A program made the position numbers and the translations under genes. The notes beneath the pieces were generated by a model. That model was not told the DNA's origin, ran no database searches, and saw nothing but the letters and a program-made list of their open reading frames with translations. A DNA stretch of 64,000 nt. Origin: Prasinococcaceae sp. CCMP 1430. Lineage: Eukaryota > Plantae > Prasinodermophyta. The stretch spans positions 1 to 64,000 of the forward strand of contig RQSC01001125.1 in the NCBI GenBank assembly GCA_013416795.1, written 5' to 3'. Below, in pieces: positions 32,575 through 44,800 of the stretch; position 1 is the first letter of the stretch; each line of letters opens with the position of its first letter.

Positions 32575-33894
32575 GATGCCAACATCGAGATGTGGAAGAT
32601 CAAGCGCCTTGTGAAGGCGCTTGAGGCCGCGCGCGGCAACGGCACGTCGATGATCTCGCTCATCATGCCGCCCAAGGACCAGGTGAGCCGCGTGCAGAAG
32701 ATGCTTGCCGATGAGATGGGCACGGCCACCAACATCAAAAACCGCGTCAACAGGCAGTCGGTGCTCGGCGCGATCACCTCCGCCCAGCAGCGCCTCAAGC
32801 TCTACAGCAAGGTCCCCCCCAACGGCCTCGTGCTGTACACCGGCACCATCCTCACTGACGAGGGCAAGGAGAAGAAGATCAACATGGACTTCGAGCCCTT
32901 CAAGCCCATCAACACGTCGCTGTACCTGTGCGACAATAAGTTCCACACCGAGGCGCTCTCCGAGCTGCTGCAGGCCGACCAGAAGTACGGCTTCGTGGTG
33001 ATGGACGGCAACGGCACGCTCTTCGGCACGCTCTGCGGCAACCACCGCGAGATCCTGCACAAGTTCAGTGTCGAGCTGCCCAAGAAGCACGGTCGCGGTG
33101 GACAGTCGGCGCTGCGTTTCGCGCGCCTGCGCCTCGAGAAGCGCCACAACTACGTCCGCAAGACGGCCGAGCAGTGCACGCAGATGTTCATCACGAACGA
33201 CAAGCCCAACGTGGCGGGCCTCATCCTGGCGGGTAGCGCCGACTTCAAGACCGTGCTCAGTGAGTCCGAGCTCTTCGACCCGCGCCTGAAGGCCGTTGTG
33301 CTCAACATCGTGGATGTGTCGTACGGCGGCGAGAACGGCTTCTCGCAGGCGATCGAGCTCTCCGCGGAGTGCCTGGCCAACGTCAAGTTCATCCAGGAGA
33401 AGAAGCTGCTGTCGAAGTATTTCGACGAGATTTCGCAGGACACGGGCAAGTACGTCTTCGGCGTGCGCGACACCCTGTGCTGCCTCGAGATGGGCGCCGT
33501 GGAGACGCTCATCGTGTGGGAGAGCCTCGACGTGACGCGCCACGTGCTGCGCAACTCTGCCACGGGCGAGGAGACGGTGGTGAACCTCTCGCCCGAGCAG
33601 GAGGCCGAGTTCTCGTTCCAGGACAAGGAGACAGGCGTGGACCTCGACAAGGTCGAGTCCAAGCCGCTGCTGGAGTGGTTTGCCGAGGAGTACAAGAAGT
33701 TCGGCTGCACGCTGGAGTTCGTCACCAACCGCTCGCAGGAGGGGTCCCAGTTTTGCAGGGGCTTCGGCGGCATTGGCGGCACGCTCCGCTACCAGGTGGA
33801 CTGCAGCACGTTCGACGAGGAGCAGTACGAGGCGTACGAGGACGACGCCGACTCGGGCAGCGACGCGTGGGATAGTGATGAGGACTTCATCTGA
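32575..33894 (+). CDS. eRF1: Eukaryotic peptide chain release factor 1; main exon (acceptor CAG at 32572-32574); first coding exon/start unresolved
   Basis: [66 protein letters not shown]. Confidence 0.97.
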   Translation, partial: DANIEMWKIKRLVKALEAARGNGTSMISLIMPPKDQVSRVQKMLADEMGTATNIKNRVNRQSVLGAITSAQQRLKLYSKVPPNGLVLYTGTILTDEGKEKKINMDFEPFKPINTSLYLCDNKFHTEALSELLQADQKYGFVVMDGNGTLFGTLCGNHREILHKFSVELPKKHGRGGQSALRFARLRLEKRHNYVRKTAEQCTQMFITNDKPNVAGLILAGSADFKTVLSESELFDPRLKAVVLNIVDVSYGGENGFSQAIELSAECLANVKFIQEKKLLSKYFDEISQDTGKYVFGVRDTLCCLEMGAVETLIVWESLDVTRHVLRNSATGEETVVNLSPEQEAEFSFQDKETGVDLDKVESKPLLEWFAEEYKKFGCTLEFVTNRSQEGSQFCRGFGGIGGTLRYQVDCSTFDEEQYEAYEDDADSGSDAWDSDEDFI

Positions 33895-34226
33895 GCTGCA
33901 TTGTCCACATACATTCACACACACACACACACACACACAAGCCGCCAACGCCACCTCGTGATTAGCGTGGGCGGCGGCAAGGCCTGTGCGCTCGCGCGCG
34001 TCGCCCGCCCAGGCACGCGCGGGTCACATGCCGCACCACATTATAATACTTTCGTGCGAGGCATCGGCGCACACCTGCGTCGTTCAAACCTGCGCGCGTT
34101 CGCGATGTGTCGCGCGTGCGCGCTATGTCTATGCTGTGCCAAATAAAGTAATGGTCGCATCGCACGCGCCACAGGGCACTGCTGGCACGGGGCCGATGGG
34201 AGTGCACCAGAATCGAGCTCGCCGCA

Positions 34227-37200
34227 CTAGGCAGCTATCCCGCCGCCCGCCTCGTCGACAATGCCGAGCTCCACCTTGAACGCCGCAAGCATTTTTTGGT
34301 ACACCTTCTCCTCGGCCTTGATGGTGAGGTCGTCGTCGGTGTTGCTCTTCCCCCCGTCGCCCTCGCCGTCGCCGCCGAGCTCGCTGTCCGTATCCGCGCT
34401 GGCGTTGACAGCGCCAGAGCCAAGCCCACCCGCCGAGCTCTCCTGCGCCGGTCGTGCGCGTGTTGCCTCGCCTGACCCTCCGTCGCCGCGGGCTGACAGC
34501 AGCTCTGCGAAGTACTCCACGCGTGCCTCCTCGCGGCTGAGGAAAGCCGCCATGGTCGCCTGCTCGCCTGCCACCGGCCGGCGCAGACTACGGGGCATCT
34601 CAACGATGTGCAGCACGCCGCTCTCGTCACCAGCCGCGAGCAACTGCGGCGTGGCCTGCGACGAGAATTCCAGAGAAGTGACGGCGCTGCTCGCAACGGT
34701 CGCCACCATCGAGGGCTCGTGAGAGCGGTCGAGGAGGTCCCACGCCTCTAGCAGGCCGTCGGCGCGAGCGACAAAGAGCACACCGGGCCGACTGGGCGAC
34801 CAGCAGCCTGATGTGAGGTACGTGGCCGCCGAAGCGCTCGAGAAGATGGGGCTGCTCTTGCCCTCGCGCCACACACGGAACGAAAAGTCCGCCACGGTCA
34901 TCACCACATCCGAGAAGAACGGCGAGCGGGCCACGGTCTTGACTGGCCCACAGTGCGCGTCGTTGCTCCAAAGCATCGTGCCGTTTCCGCCTGGCGACGC
35001 AGGAACGCCATCCGCGCCCGCGCCTCCCGGCGCCCCCCCCACTGCTCCATCCCCCGCGTCGCCAGCCCCCGCACCCCCGCCCCCGCCGCCGGACTTGTCG
35101 AACGAGGCGAATACTACGTCGCCATCCTCAGACGCGCAGAAGAATCGCGCCGGGGCCGCCGAACCGGGTGCGGCTAGGCAGAGCTTGAGCGCACCCAGGT
35201 CGCCCGCGCCATCAAGCCTGGCGAGGGGCGTGACGTGCGCGGGCACCCACTGGGGCTCGCCCTTTTTGCCCGAGCTACTGATCGACAGCTGCCCCTTCGC
35301 GCGGTAGTCCCAGAAGCACAGCCGCCCGTCGGCTGCGATTGTCGCAAAGAAGCTCGTGTCAGCGCTGCTACCCGACCGCAGGTGTCCGCCCCTGGCAATC
35401 CCCATATCCGCAGGTAGCCACTCGAGCCCGGTGATGGCCATCTTGTGCGAGGCCTCGACGGCGCTCAGCCGGCTGGTGGACACCACGGAGACGCCCGCAG
35501 CCGCGCCCTCGTGATCGGCATCCGCAGCTGCCAGCGCGTCCTGCGTGCGCGAGCGATCTGTATTGCGTCTCTCCACCTTGCGCGTGTCCCACAGCGCCAC
35601 CTGGCCGTTGTACATGCCGCCGGCGACGATCTCGGGCCGCCGCGGGTTGAAGCGGAATGCCATGACGTCCGCGGGCGACTCGAGCACAAGCTGCGGGTGG
35701 ATTGGGTCCACGAAGTTCCAAACGAGCACGGTTGCAGTGCCGACGGCGCCGGCGTTCTCGAGACGCTCGTCGAAGCTCTGGCGCGCGGCGCACGCCACGC
35801 CCACCGCGCCGTGCTCTCCAGGCATCCAATCGACAGCGCTCACCACCTTCGACTTCGAGTACGTCAGGTGTGTGAACGACTGGAACTCTGAGATGACATT
35901 CTCGAGCCTGTTGCCCGGCGCGCTATCTTCATCGGCGAGTGCCGCAAGGTCGTCTAAGAAGAGATCTGCCACCTCGTTTTGCTGCAGTGCGTGGCCCATC
36001 CGCGACGTCACGCTCTCCAGGAAGGACGCAAGGGCTGGCGCGCCGACGGCGGCCTTGCGCTCGGCTTTGGTGAATTGCAAGGGCTCCGACTGCGTTGCCC
36101 CGTTGCGAGGCCGCCCGGGCGCCGCCTGCACGCCCGCATCGGCCGTCGGCATGACACCCTGGCACCCAACCTCCATCTCTGCTCGGCGAAGCTCAAAGTT
36201 GGGGTCCTTGTGTGGGCGGCACTCCATCTGACCGCTCGACCAGAGCTCCTCCGCGTCGCGATCGGCGAGCTTCAGGCGCTCGCCGAAGCCGCGGCGGGGG
36301 CGCGAAAAGGCCATGCGCACACGCCCGCGCAGCGGGTGCACCGCGCGCTCCGCCAGCTCCGCAGCAGACCCCAGCTCCATCCACGGCTTGGCCTTGGGTC
36401 GCCCGCGGTTTGCTTTGCGCTCGGCCTTCTCCCGCGCGATGCGCTCGATGTCCTCCTGCTCGCGGCGCTTCTCTTCCTCGTATGCCTCGCGCTGCGCCTC
36501 GACGTCCGCCATGAGTTGGGCCTGCACCTCGGCGCTGACCACGAGAATCCAGTTGTTGCCGTCGCCAAATTTGTCGTTCGGATTGTACAGCATGGCGAGC
36601 TCGTCCCCTTCGACGGCCTCGATCTTTTTCTTCGAATTGGCGAAGTCGGAGATGGCGCCGCGGAACTGGATGTCGTCGAGCACCTTCTGCTTGTCCAGCA
36701 AAAACAGCACGCCAACCTCGGCGGCCTCCTCGTCCACCTCGACGATCTTGAGCGTCGCAGCCGTGAGAAAAACCGACTCGACCCCCTGGGGGACATCGTT
36801 GGCCGAGCCCTCGCCGAAGATGGCGTCCTCGTCGATCTTAAACACGGGCTCGGGCTCGGGCTCTGGTTCCGCGGCCTCCTCGGCGTTCACGGCCTCGGTG
36901 ACCTCGGCCGCAGCGGCCGCCTCGGGGTTCGCGATCAGCTGCATGTGCGAGCGCAGCGTTTCAATGGCGCCCGCCGTGGAGCAGATGATGAAGTTGTTGC
37001 CGTCACCGAACTTGTCGTTCTCATTCACAAGCAGGGGTACCGACTCATACCCATCGAGCGACTTGAGCCCGTCCTTGGCGCAGTCGAAGTCCGATATCGC
37101 GCCGCGAAACTTGAGGTCGTCGAGCATCTTGGCGAGCGACACGAACACAGGTGTGCCGACGTCGCAGTCGACGGGATCTACGTCGACGATGCCGAGAGTG

Positions 37201-37844
37201 GTGCCAGAGAGGAACGCGGACACGAACCCTTCGGGCACGGGGTTGCCATTGCCCTCGCCGAAGAGCTGCACGCATGGGTTCGAGGTGGGCCGGGGGTGGG
37301 GTGGGGTGGGGGGGGTACCACGCGCGCGTCAGCACTCGAGTAGTCGAGCAGCCAGCGGAGCGCGTGGAAAGAGAGCCAGAGGAGCTGCAACATCTGCCGC
37401 GAAGGCACCCCGCTGGCTCGTTTGCCGCACGCGCGTGCAGGCGCGCGCAGGACGCCGCAGCATGCGCCGCGCATGGCGCGCGGTGTCGCGCCGCGTGCCC
37501 CGCGCTGCCTCCCGTTGCCGGTGCCGCCGTCACTGTAGCGTGCGCACCTTGTCCTCGTCGTACTCAACGTCGGGCCACGCAGCCGCGAGTGCATCGGCGC
37601 CCTCCCCTTCCCTGTCGGCCTCAGCGGCGCCCTCCGCCGCGGGCGTGACCCCAGCATCCGCATCGCCTCCCCCCTCGTTGCCGCTGTCGGCGACAGCCTC
37701 TGCGTTCTCCGCGACGGGCGCCGCGCTGCCGTCGGCCCCGCCGGCGTCGGCGCCGTTCGACGCCTGCTCGGCAGGCTCTGCGACCTTCTCCGCGGCTGAA
37801 GGCTCCGCCTCCGCGGGCGGGGCCGCTGTTTCACCCTCCGCCAT
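34227..37844 (-). CDS. WDR63: WD-repeat axonemal dynein intermediate chain WDR63/DNAI3 (Chlamydomonas IC140 type); exons 37844-37548 and 37265-34227
   Basis: Acidic N-terminus; FRGAISDF/DKFGDGNN motifs; ISEFQSFTHLTYSKSKVVSAVDW; VLVWNFVDPIHPQLVLESPADVMAFRFNP; SPFFSDV; WSPSRPGVLF...DG.LEAWDLLDRSHEPS. Confidence 0.88.
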
Positions 37845-38035
37845 CGCGTGCCCCCACGCCTGCCCCCCGACGCTCACCGCGCAAGCACTTCGAACGCGCG
37901 GGGGAGCACGCGCGCTCCGATCGGACACGGTCCCCTCCCCCCAGCCCCCGTGCCCCCTCGCGCACGCGCGCGCGCGCTCCGGGCCTCTCGGGCCTCGGCA
38001 CGCGCGCCGAGCGCGCGGCTCGGCGCGCGTGTGGC

Positions 38036-38037
<2 letters not shown>

Positions 38038-38087
<50 letters not shown>
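38038..38087. repeat. Poly-C/poly-G homopolymer of about 50 nt
   Basis: Uninterrupted C run. Confidence 0.97.
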
Positions 38088-38886
38088 ACGCCATCTCCAC
38101 CCCGACCCCCGCGCGCGCGCGTCCGCCGAGCGCGGCCACAGCACCGCCCCAAACCCAGCCACAGCCACGACCGCCGAGGACCGGACCCGGTATTCACCGG
38201 GCAGACCCGGCTGAGCACCCCATCTCCCGAGAACGACCCCGGATCACCGCCGGCCGTCCCCGGCGTCCGAATGCGGCGCTGCGCGCGCCGCGCCGCGCGG
38301 CCCCTGTCCCGAAATGGAAATGCCATCCGCAGAATTCCACACTCATGAGGGATTTGGATTTGATACGTACCATCAGGATATGTAGTACAAACGACGGAAT
38401 CCAAATGGCGCTGGCTCTTTGCAAAAAATGCATCTGTTTTGACGTGCGTGTGCGCGTAGCGCGCGCGCGACGCGCCCGTCCTTCCCGCGCCCAGGAACGC
38501 GCATGCGTTTTGACTGCAGGCGACCGGCCGTTCCCCGACCGACGGGCGCGCGCGCGACGCGCCGCGCGAGCCATCGACTCGAGCCGCGCTGGGGCACACA
38601 CCGCCGGCCCGCCCGCCCGCCCGTATCTTGCTGGCCGGAGCCCAGGCATTACTCAGTCCCGTCCGTTTCTCACGTCAGGCGGGCCGGGCCAACCAACCGC
38701 CCGGCGCCCCTCGCTCCAACGACCCAGGGAGAATCTAGCTCAGATCCCAAGGAGGTGGGGGTGGCCCCACAGAGCGCGCCCGCGCGCTCGCGGGGTGTGG
38801 GCGCACGCGCGCGCGGGGGGGGGGGGGGCTGAAGGCAACAGCGACACGGCGCCCGGCTGCCCGCGACCGGGGTGGAGTCGCGAGCG

Positions 38887-41800
38887 ATGCGCGCGCCGGC
38901 GCGGGCGGCGCAGCTCGCCGCGGCGTGGCTGCTCGCACTCGCGGCGGCGGCGGGGGCGCAGGTCCTCCCCGAGATTGGAGCGAGCGGCTCAAACTCAACC
39001 GCTGGCGGCAGCGACAGCCCCTGCGCACGCGCGTACGAGTACGTGCCGCGCGGATGCATGCGCTACCGCACGAGCGCGCGCTGCGAGCGGCGCTCCTAGC
39101 GCCCGCGCGCCTACCCCTCGGTCGCCCGCGACTGCGCGCGCACTCCCTGACGCAGCAGCGGCGCCGCGCTCCCGCTGCGCGCGCGAACGCAGGCTTGGCG
39201 CCACATTCGGCTCAGCGTGCCCCAAGGACTGCTCGTACGACGTGGGCGAGAGCGGCTCCGGCCCCGAGTGTAAAAGGTATCAGCCCGAGTACGGCGTCAG
39301 GTGCACCGCGACGCGCTCGCAAAGCGACGACTGCCTCGCGGTGCTCCAGGAGATCCTTGGCGACGACGACGCCAAAGCATGCCTGGCCGCCGACCTTTCC
39401 ATCAGCGAGAAGGAGCTCGTCAACGGCGTGGAGTACATCGCGGGACGGTGTGCTCTCGTCAGCGACGACGCCGAAGAAGGCCCCGATGCTTGCGCAGCCA
39501 GCTTAACCGGCCCGTGGCAAGACTTTTCGAACAACTGCCCGAAGGTGCGCAGAGACGCCCGAGGACGAGGCTTCCAGAGGGCGCCAGTCTGCCCAGGCGC
39601 GGGATGGTCGGCGTCACGCGCGCGCGCGCGCGCGCGCCCGTCGCCCGAACGCGAGCGCAAACTCTCACGCGCGCCCCCTGGCCTCGCCTGCTGACCCCCT
39701 CACCGACCCACAAACGCCCCCCCTGCCTGTCATGCTCACTCGTGCAGGACTGTACAAATGATCCCAGCGAATACGGTCGCTACCGCGCCTGCGAAAGCGA
39801 GGAGGAGCAAGAGTACGGTAATGCGTGCTCGGAGCCTTCGCTCAACTGCGTTGGGACCCTAGACGCACTCACCGCGGAAGACTTCGCGTGTTTTGCGCAG
39901 GCGTACCTTGGCAATGCCATCGCCGGAGAGGACCTGCAAGGCATCTTCCTTCTGTACCTACGCCCCGCCTGCGCAGGCGCAGCCACAGGCGAGTGTGCCG
40001 CGTCGAACGCGCGCTGGGCGCGCTGGCCGCAGATGTGCCCCCAAGACTGTGCCGACTGGTGAGAGGCGCGCCTCCGCGGAGCGATGCGGCAACGCGCGAG
40101 CGAGCGTTGGCGCGCTGAGCGCGCGAGCGCTCGCAGCGAGCTCGTCGCAACATTTGCGCGCGCAAACGCGCGCCGCGCTGCGGGTATCGGTGCTGACTGC
40201 GCGCACCACGCCAGCTCGGAGGACCCAGACTCCGAAATGCGCTGCTGCGAGAGGGGTGAGGAAGAGTATGGACACGCCTGTCGCGAGAGTGAATGCGCGG
40301 CATACCTCTCCTCGTTCACTCACGAGGACTTGGAGTGCCACCCCTCAGTGATCACCGGCGATCTTCCGATCGACTCGCTGGTGGAATATATGGGGCAGTT
40401 CGCATCTGTGTGCTCGCCGGGTGCGTCAGAGTGTCACGAAGCGCCCAACTACTTCCAAGAGGTAGACGAAGCGTGCGAGCGCGACTGCACTACGGATGAT
40501 GACGACCGTGACTTGCCGCAATGCGAGCGCGGGCAATACGAGCGTGGCAAGAAGTGTGCCGGGGACAAGAAGGTGCGCCCGCGCGTTCGTGCGGGGCGGC
40601 GCGGGCCTGCGGATACCCGGGCGATCGGGCGCGCCGCGCGCGAGCGCGCTTCGTTCGCTCGCAATACGCTGCTCACGCGCGCGTTTGTGCTGCGGTCTCA
40701 CAGTGCTCCAGGGCCTTCGAAAAGGCATTCACCGAGGAGGCTGCGACGTGCTTCATCGAGGCGGCTCAGGGACGCCAGACGGCCGCCATCGAGTTTATGG
40801 TCAATGTTGTCGGCCCCACACTAGGTGCGCAGGGCGCAGGGCGAAAGGCGTAGGCGTCCTCTGCGCGTGCGTGCGTGCGCACGGGCGGGCGGGCGCGCGC
40901 GCGCGCGTGGCCGCGTCTTCACCTTTGCACTCGCGCGGGTTTCTCTGACCCCAGCGAGCGCTGCAGGGTGTGACGCCGACTTTGATTGCGACGTGGACGA
41001 TCTATCCTGCATCGCGGATGAGGAGTGCGGTGAGTCATTCCAGGCGGTTACCGTTGACAATTACTGCGAGGACATCGAGTCCTTGTTGACAGGCCCGTGC
41101 CTCAAGAGTTGCAACAAGTGCGTGAAAAAGTACGTGATTGAACGCTTCCAGAAATCGGTGTGCGGCGATCGCAGGTCTGGCCCGGCCGACCTGACAGGCG
41201 AGCCGGCCGAGGCATCGTGCTCGACCAAGACGCTCTATCAGTGTGGCCTGGACTCGAGCTGCTTCTTTTCGCAACCGCTGCGGCGCTGCTTCGACAAGCC
41301 CAGCGGCTGCGTGGGACTGGACCAGGCGGCGTGCGGCGCCGCGGCCTCCATGGGCTGCTTCTTTGATCCCGATTCCGCGCTGTGCCTCAGCTTCTCTCCG
41401 GCTGAAGCCGGGTGTCGCGCTGTGGAATCACTATTCAGCGCATGCCCCGCCGATTGCACCAACGACTACGAGGGCGTGACTCCGTGGCTGCCGCTCTGTG
41501 ACGGGGCGCCGCAATACGGGCGTCTCTGCAGCACGAGCAGCATGTGCGCGGATGCCATCCGCGACGCCGACCCCGAGTTGCTGGGGGCGGCGCTGCGCGA
41601 GCCGTCTGACGAGTCGCCTGAATCCTTTTGGAGTTGGTCGCTGTTGGAGCTGCTCTATCAGTGTCAATCCGAAGCCGCGGAGGACTTCCCGTTCTATCCA
41701 ATGTGTGGTGACTCCTGCGACTTCGACATATCCCAGGACGTCTGCGACGGCGTGGAGGACTTCTTCCGCAGCCGCGACTGTCTCGATTCTTGCAGCCCCT

Positions 41801-44800
41801 TGCAGGTACAGGCCCTTGAACGCGCCAACGTGAAGTTGGGCTGCCGCAAGAATGAGCGCGACTTCAGCGATCACGAGGCCACCGGCGCATGTGGAGGCAT
41901 AGGCAGCAACGACGAGTGCGACGACGACGACGAGTGCATGTGGTCGGCTAGTGCACAGCGCTGCCTCGACCGCGAAGACCACCTCGAATGCCACCACTTC
42001 TCGGCTCAGAGCTGCCCCGTGGGCGACGAGGAGGAGCGCAGGACATTTGCTCTCTCAGAGGACGTACAAGTGTGCCGCGAAGTCCAGCACAGGTGCCAGC
42101 ATCATGCCACGCGCGCCGAGTGCGATGCGGACGACGACCTTTGCGTGTGGTATAGCCTCAACGAAAGTGCGTACGGCACGTGCGACAAGCCCGCCGACGA
42201 CTGTTACGAGTATCGCACCGCAGACTCGTGCACCGAGACCTATCACGCAGAATGCAAGTGGAATGCAGCGGTGGGTGGAGGAGGCGCGTGCGAGAGGATG
42301 CCGGAAGGCTGCGCGCGCTTCAGCGGGCGCGATGAGTGCGAGAGCGACGAGGCGCGCACCGAATTTGGGTGCATATATGACTCCGCCCAGGCGAGGTGCA
42401 TGGACCCACCGAACTCGTGCTACGAAATCACCTCAGAGAGCACTTGCGCTGCGGTGTTTGACTTGTACTCGGAGGGCGTCCTGGATGATGAGACCTTCAA
42501 GGGCGGCTGCAAATGGACCAATGCGGATGGGTACTCGTACTGTGGGTACCCGTGCAATTGCTGCAACGACCATGGCAGCGATCGATACACGTGCTCTGCC
42601 GATCCCCAATGCTACTTCGTTGAGGAGGGAGAGGAGCAGTCGTGTAGGGAGCTACCATCAAGCTGTTGGGAAGTGGGATCAGAGACACACTGCCGCGCTC
42701 CGTGCTTGTGGCATGACGACCGCTGCCAGAACCCTCCCGAAATGAGCTGTGGGGAAATCAAAGACACTTTTGGCGCGGAGGCGTGCGAGGCTTTTGACGA
42801 CTACAAGAAGTGCGTGTTGCTGGAGGACGGCGCATGTGAGGAAGCCTCGTGCAGCTCGTACACGAACGCCTTCCAGTGCGACACGCGATCCAATGGCCAG
42901 TGCCGCTGGGACGGCCCGCACGGCTCCGGCAAGTGCCGCAAGTACATGGGTTGGTGCGATGGGTACAATCAGGACTACATGGCGGGGGAGACGGAGGATT
43001 CGCGAAGAGAGGACTGCGAGGCGACGCGCAATTTCTTCTACGAGTGGAGCAAGCCCTGTACTTGGAGAGACGGACGGTGCGCTGATACGGTGGACGAGCA
43101 GGTCCACATCTGCAAAGGCGAGGAGTCTGGGCGGGTGCGTTTCACACGCGCGCGTGGTGCAACCGAGCGAGTATGCGTACTACTCATTCGGTCGCTCTGC
43201 CCGCCGCGTCCGCCCGCAAGTCTCGCTGCGCGCCGGCGCGCCAGCCCGCTGCGCTCGTGCTGACGCGCCGTCGCCGGATGCGTGCGCGCGGCCGCGCCCG
43301 TGGGCGCTACGGGTGCCGTTTTGGCTGGTTTCCATCACCGGCGCCGACGCCGCCTCACCCCGCATCCCCCCCCCCCTCCCCCCCCCCTCCCTCGACACCC
43401 CCGTCGACGACGTCATGCCGCATGGACAAGGCCTGCACTGGCGTCAGCCACTGCGAGTGGGTTCCAGGCTCCGAGGACTATGAAGGCATGGTCTGCCGCC
43501 CCAAGTCCTGCCGCGAGGCCACTGACGCGGACGCTTGCAACATGCTGTCCGAGGCCATGCCCTGGTGCTACTGGGAGCCCGAGGAGGGCGTGTGCGTCAC
43601 GCAAGCGCGGGAGTGCGTCGACCTCTCTGGCGACCCGCTCGCTTGCGAGTTGGACGGGCGCTGCAAATACCGCCCCGCAAGCGAGCTCGGCGTGGTGGGT
43701 GGTGCCCACGGAACGTGCGAAAACAAATGGGATAGTTGCAGGCCTTTCGCAGGGCGCGACGAGATGTGTGGGAACGGGGAGTTGTTTGGCTTCAAGCAAT
43801 GCAAGACCAGTCCGGTGGGTGGCACGGGCAACATCGTGCGATGCGACGAGTCGAGGCCAGACGACTGCGGCTCGTTCTCGGACGCGGATAGCTGTGCTGA
43901 TGCGAACGCTTGGCGTTCAGGCTGGGATTCGCGGAGGTGCGTGTGGCGCCCCCGCCTCGGTGGTGACGGCGGCGCCTGCATTGACACAGATGAGAACGAC
44001 AAGTGCGCGGCGGCGACGACCGAGGAGTCCTGCGAGAACACAATGGATCAAGCTGGGGAGATCTGCCACTGGGCAACGCCCGAGTACTTCGAACCGATGT
44101 GCATTTCGCGCCCTTGGAGCTGCTGGGACGTGATCGACCAGAAGGGATGCGCAGCAGACATGACAATAAGTGGGAACGAGTGCATGATGTACACGGAGAA
44201 AAAAGAGTGGGCAAGTGGCGACAATATCTGCCAAGACTTCAGCTGCCACGAGCTTGCCAACGATCGATGCGAGGGCGTTCTGGGTGGAGCACGTTGCATG
44301 GTGAACGACTGGGGAGGGTGCGAGGATTGGAAGTGCGATCGATTCGGCGACAGCGAGGACGAGTGCGCTGCCGCTGGTGGCGGGGGGTTGTGCCTCATGC
44401 ATCCGGAGCGCAGGGAGTGCTTGCCCGCGCCGTGCTCGTCGTTCGACTCGCAGGACACATGCGAGGACGACAGGGGCGGCTCGCGCAAAGCGAGGTGTGG
44501 CTGGCTGGATGGCACATGCATAGAGATGCTTGGCCACTGCGGCGAATACGACCACCACAACGCTGATATGGGGAGACCTTCCCAGGACGCCTGCATGTGG
44601 CACGAAGGCGGAGGCCACTGCAGGGTCCGTCGCTGGGGCTGGGATTCCCATGCAACCAGCTGCACCGAGGTGGACGACGAATGCGCGGAGATTTCAGATG
44701 CGGGCGAATGCGAGGACGAAGGCTGCGCCTGGCACTCCATCCGGCTCCCCGGCGGCGGCGAGGCACACGCGTGCTTCGAAGGCGGGTATTGGTCATGCGA

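Noticed and set aside
38350-38410. Inverted repeat ATTTGGATT...AATCCAAAT as a possible ncRNA or MITE
   Set aside because: Only a 9-bp stem with no TSD or other support; more likely part of the divergent promoter.
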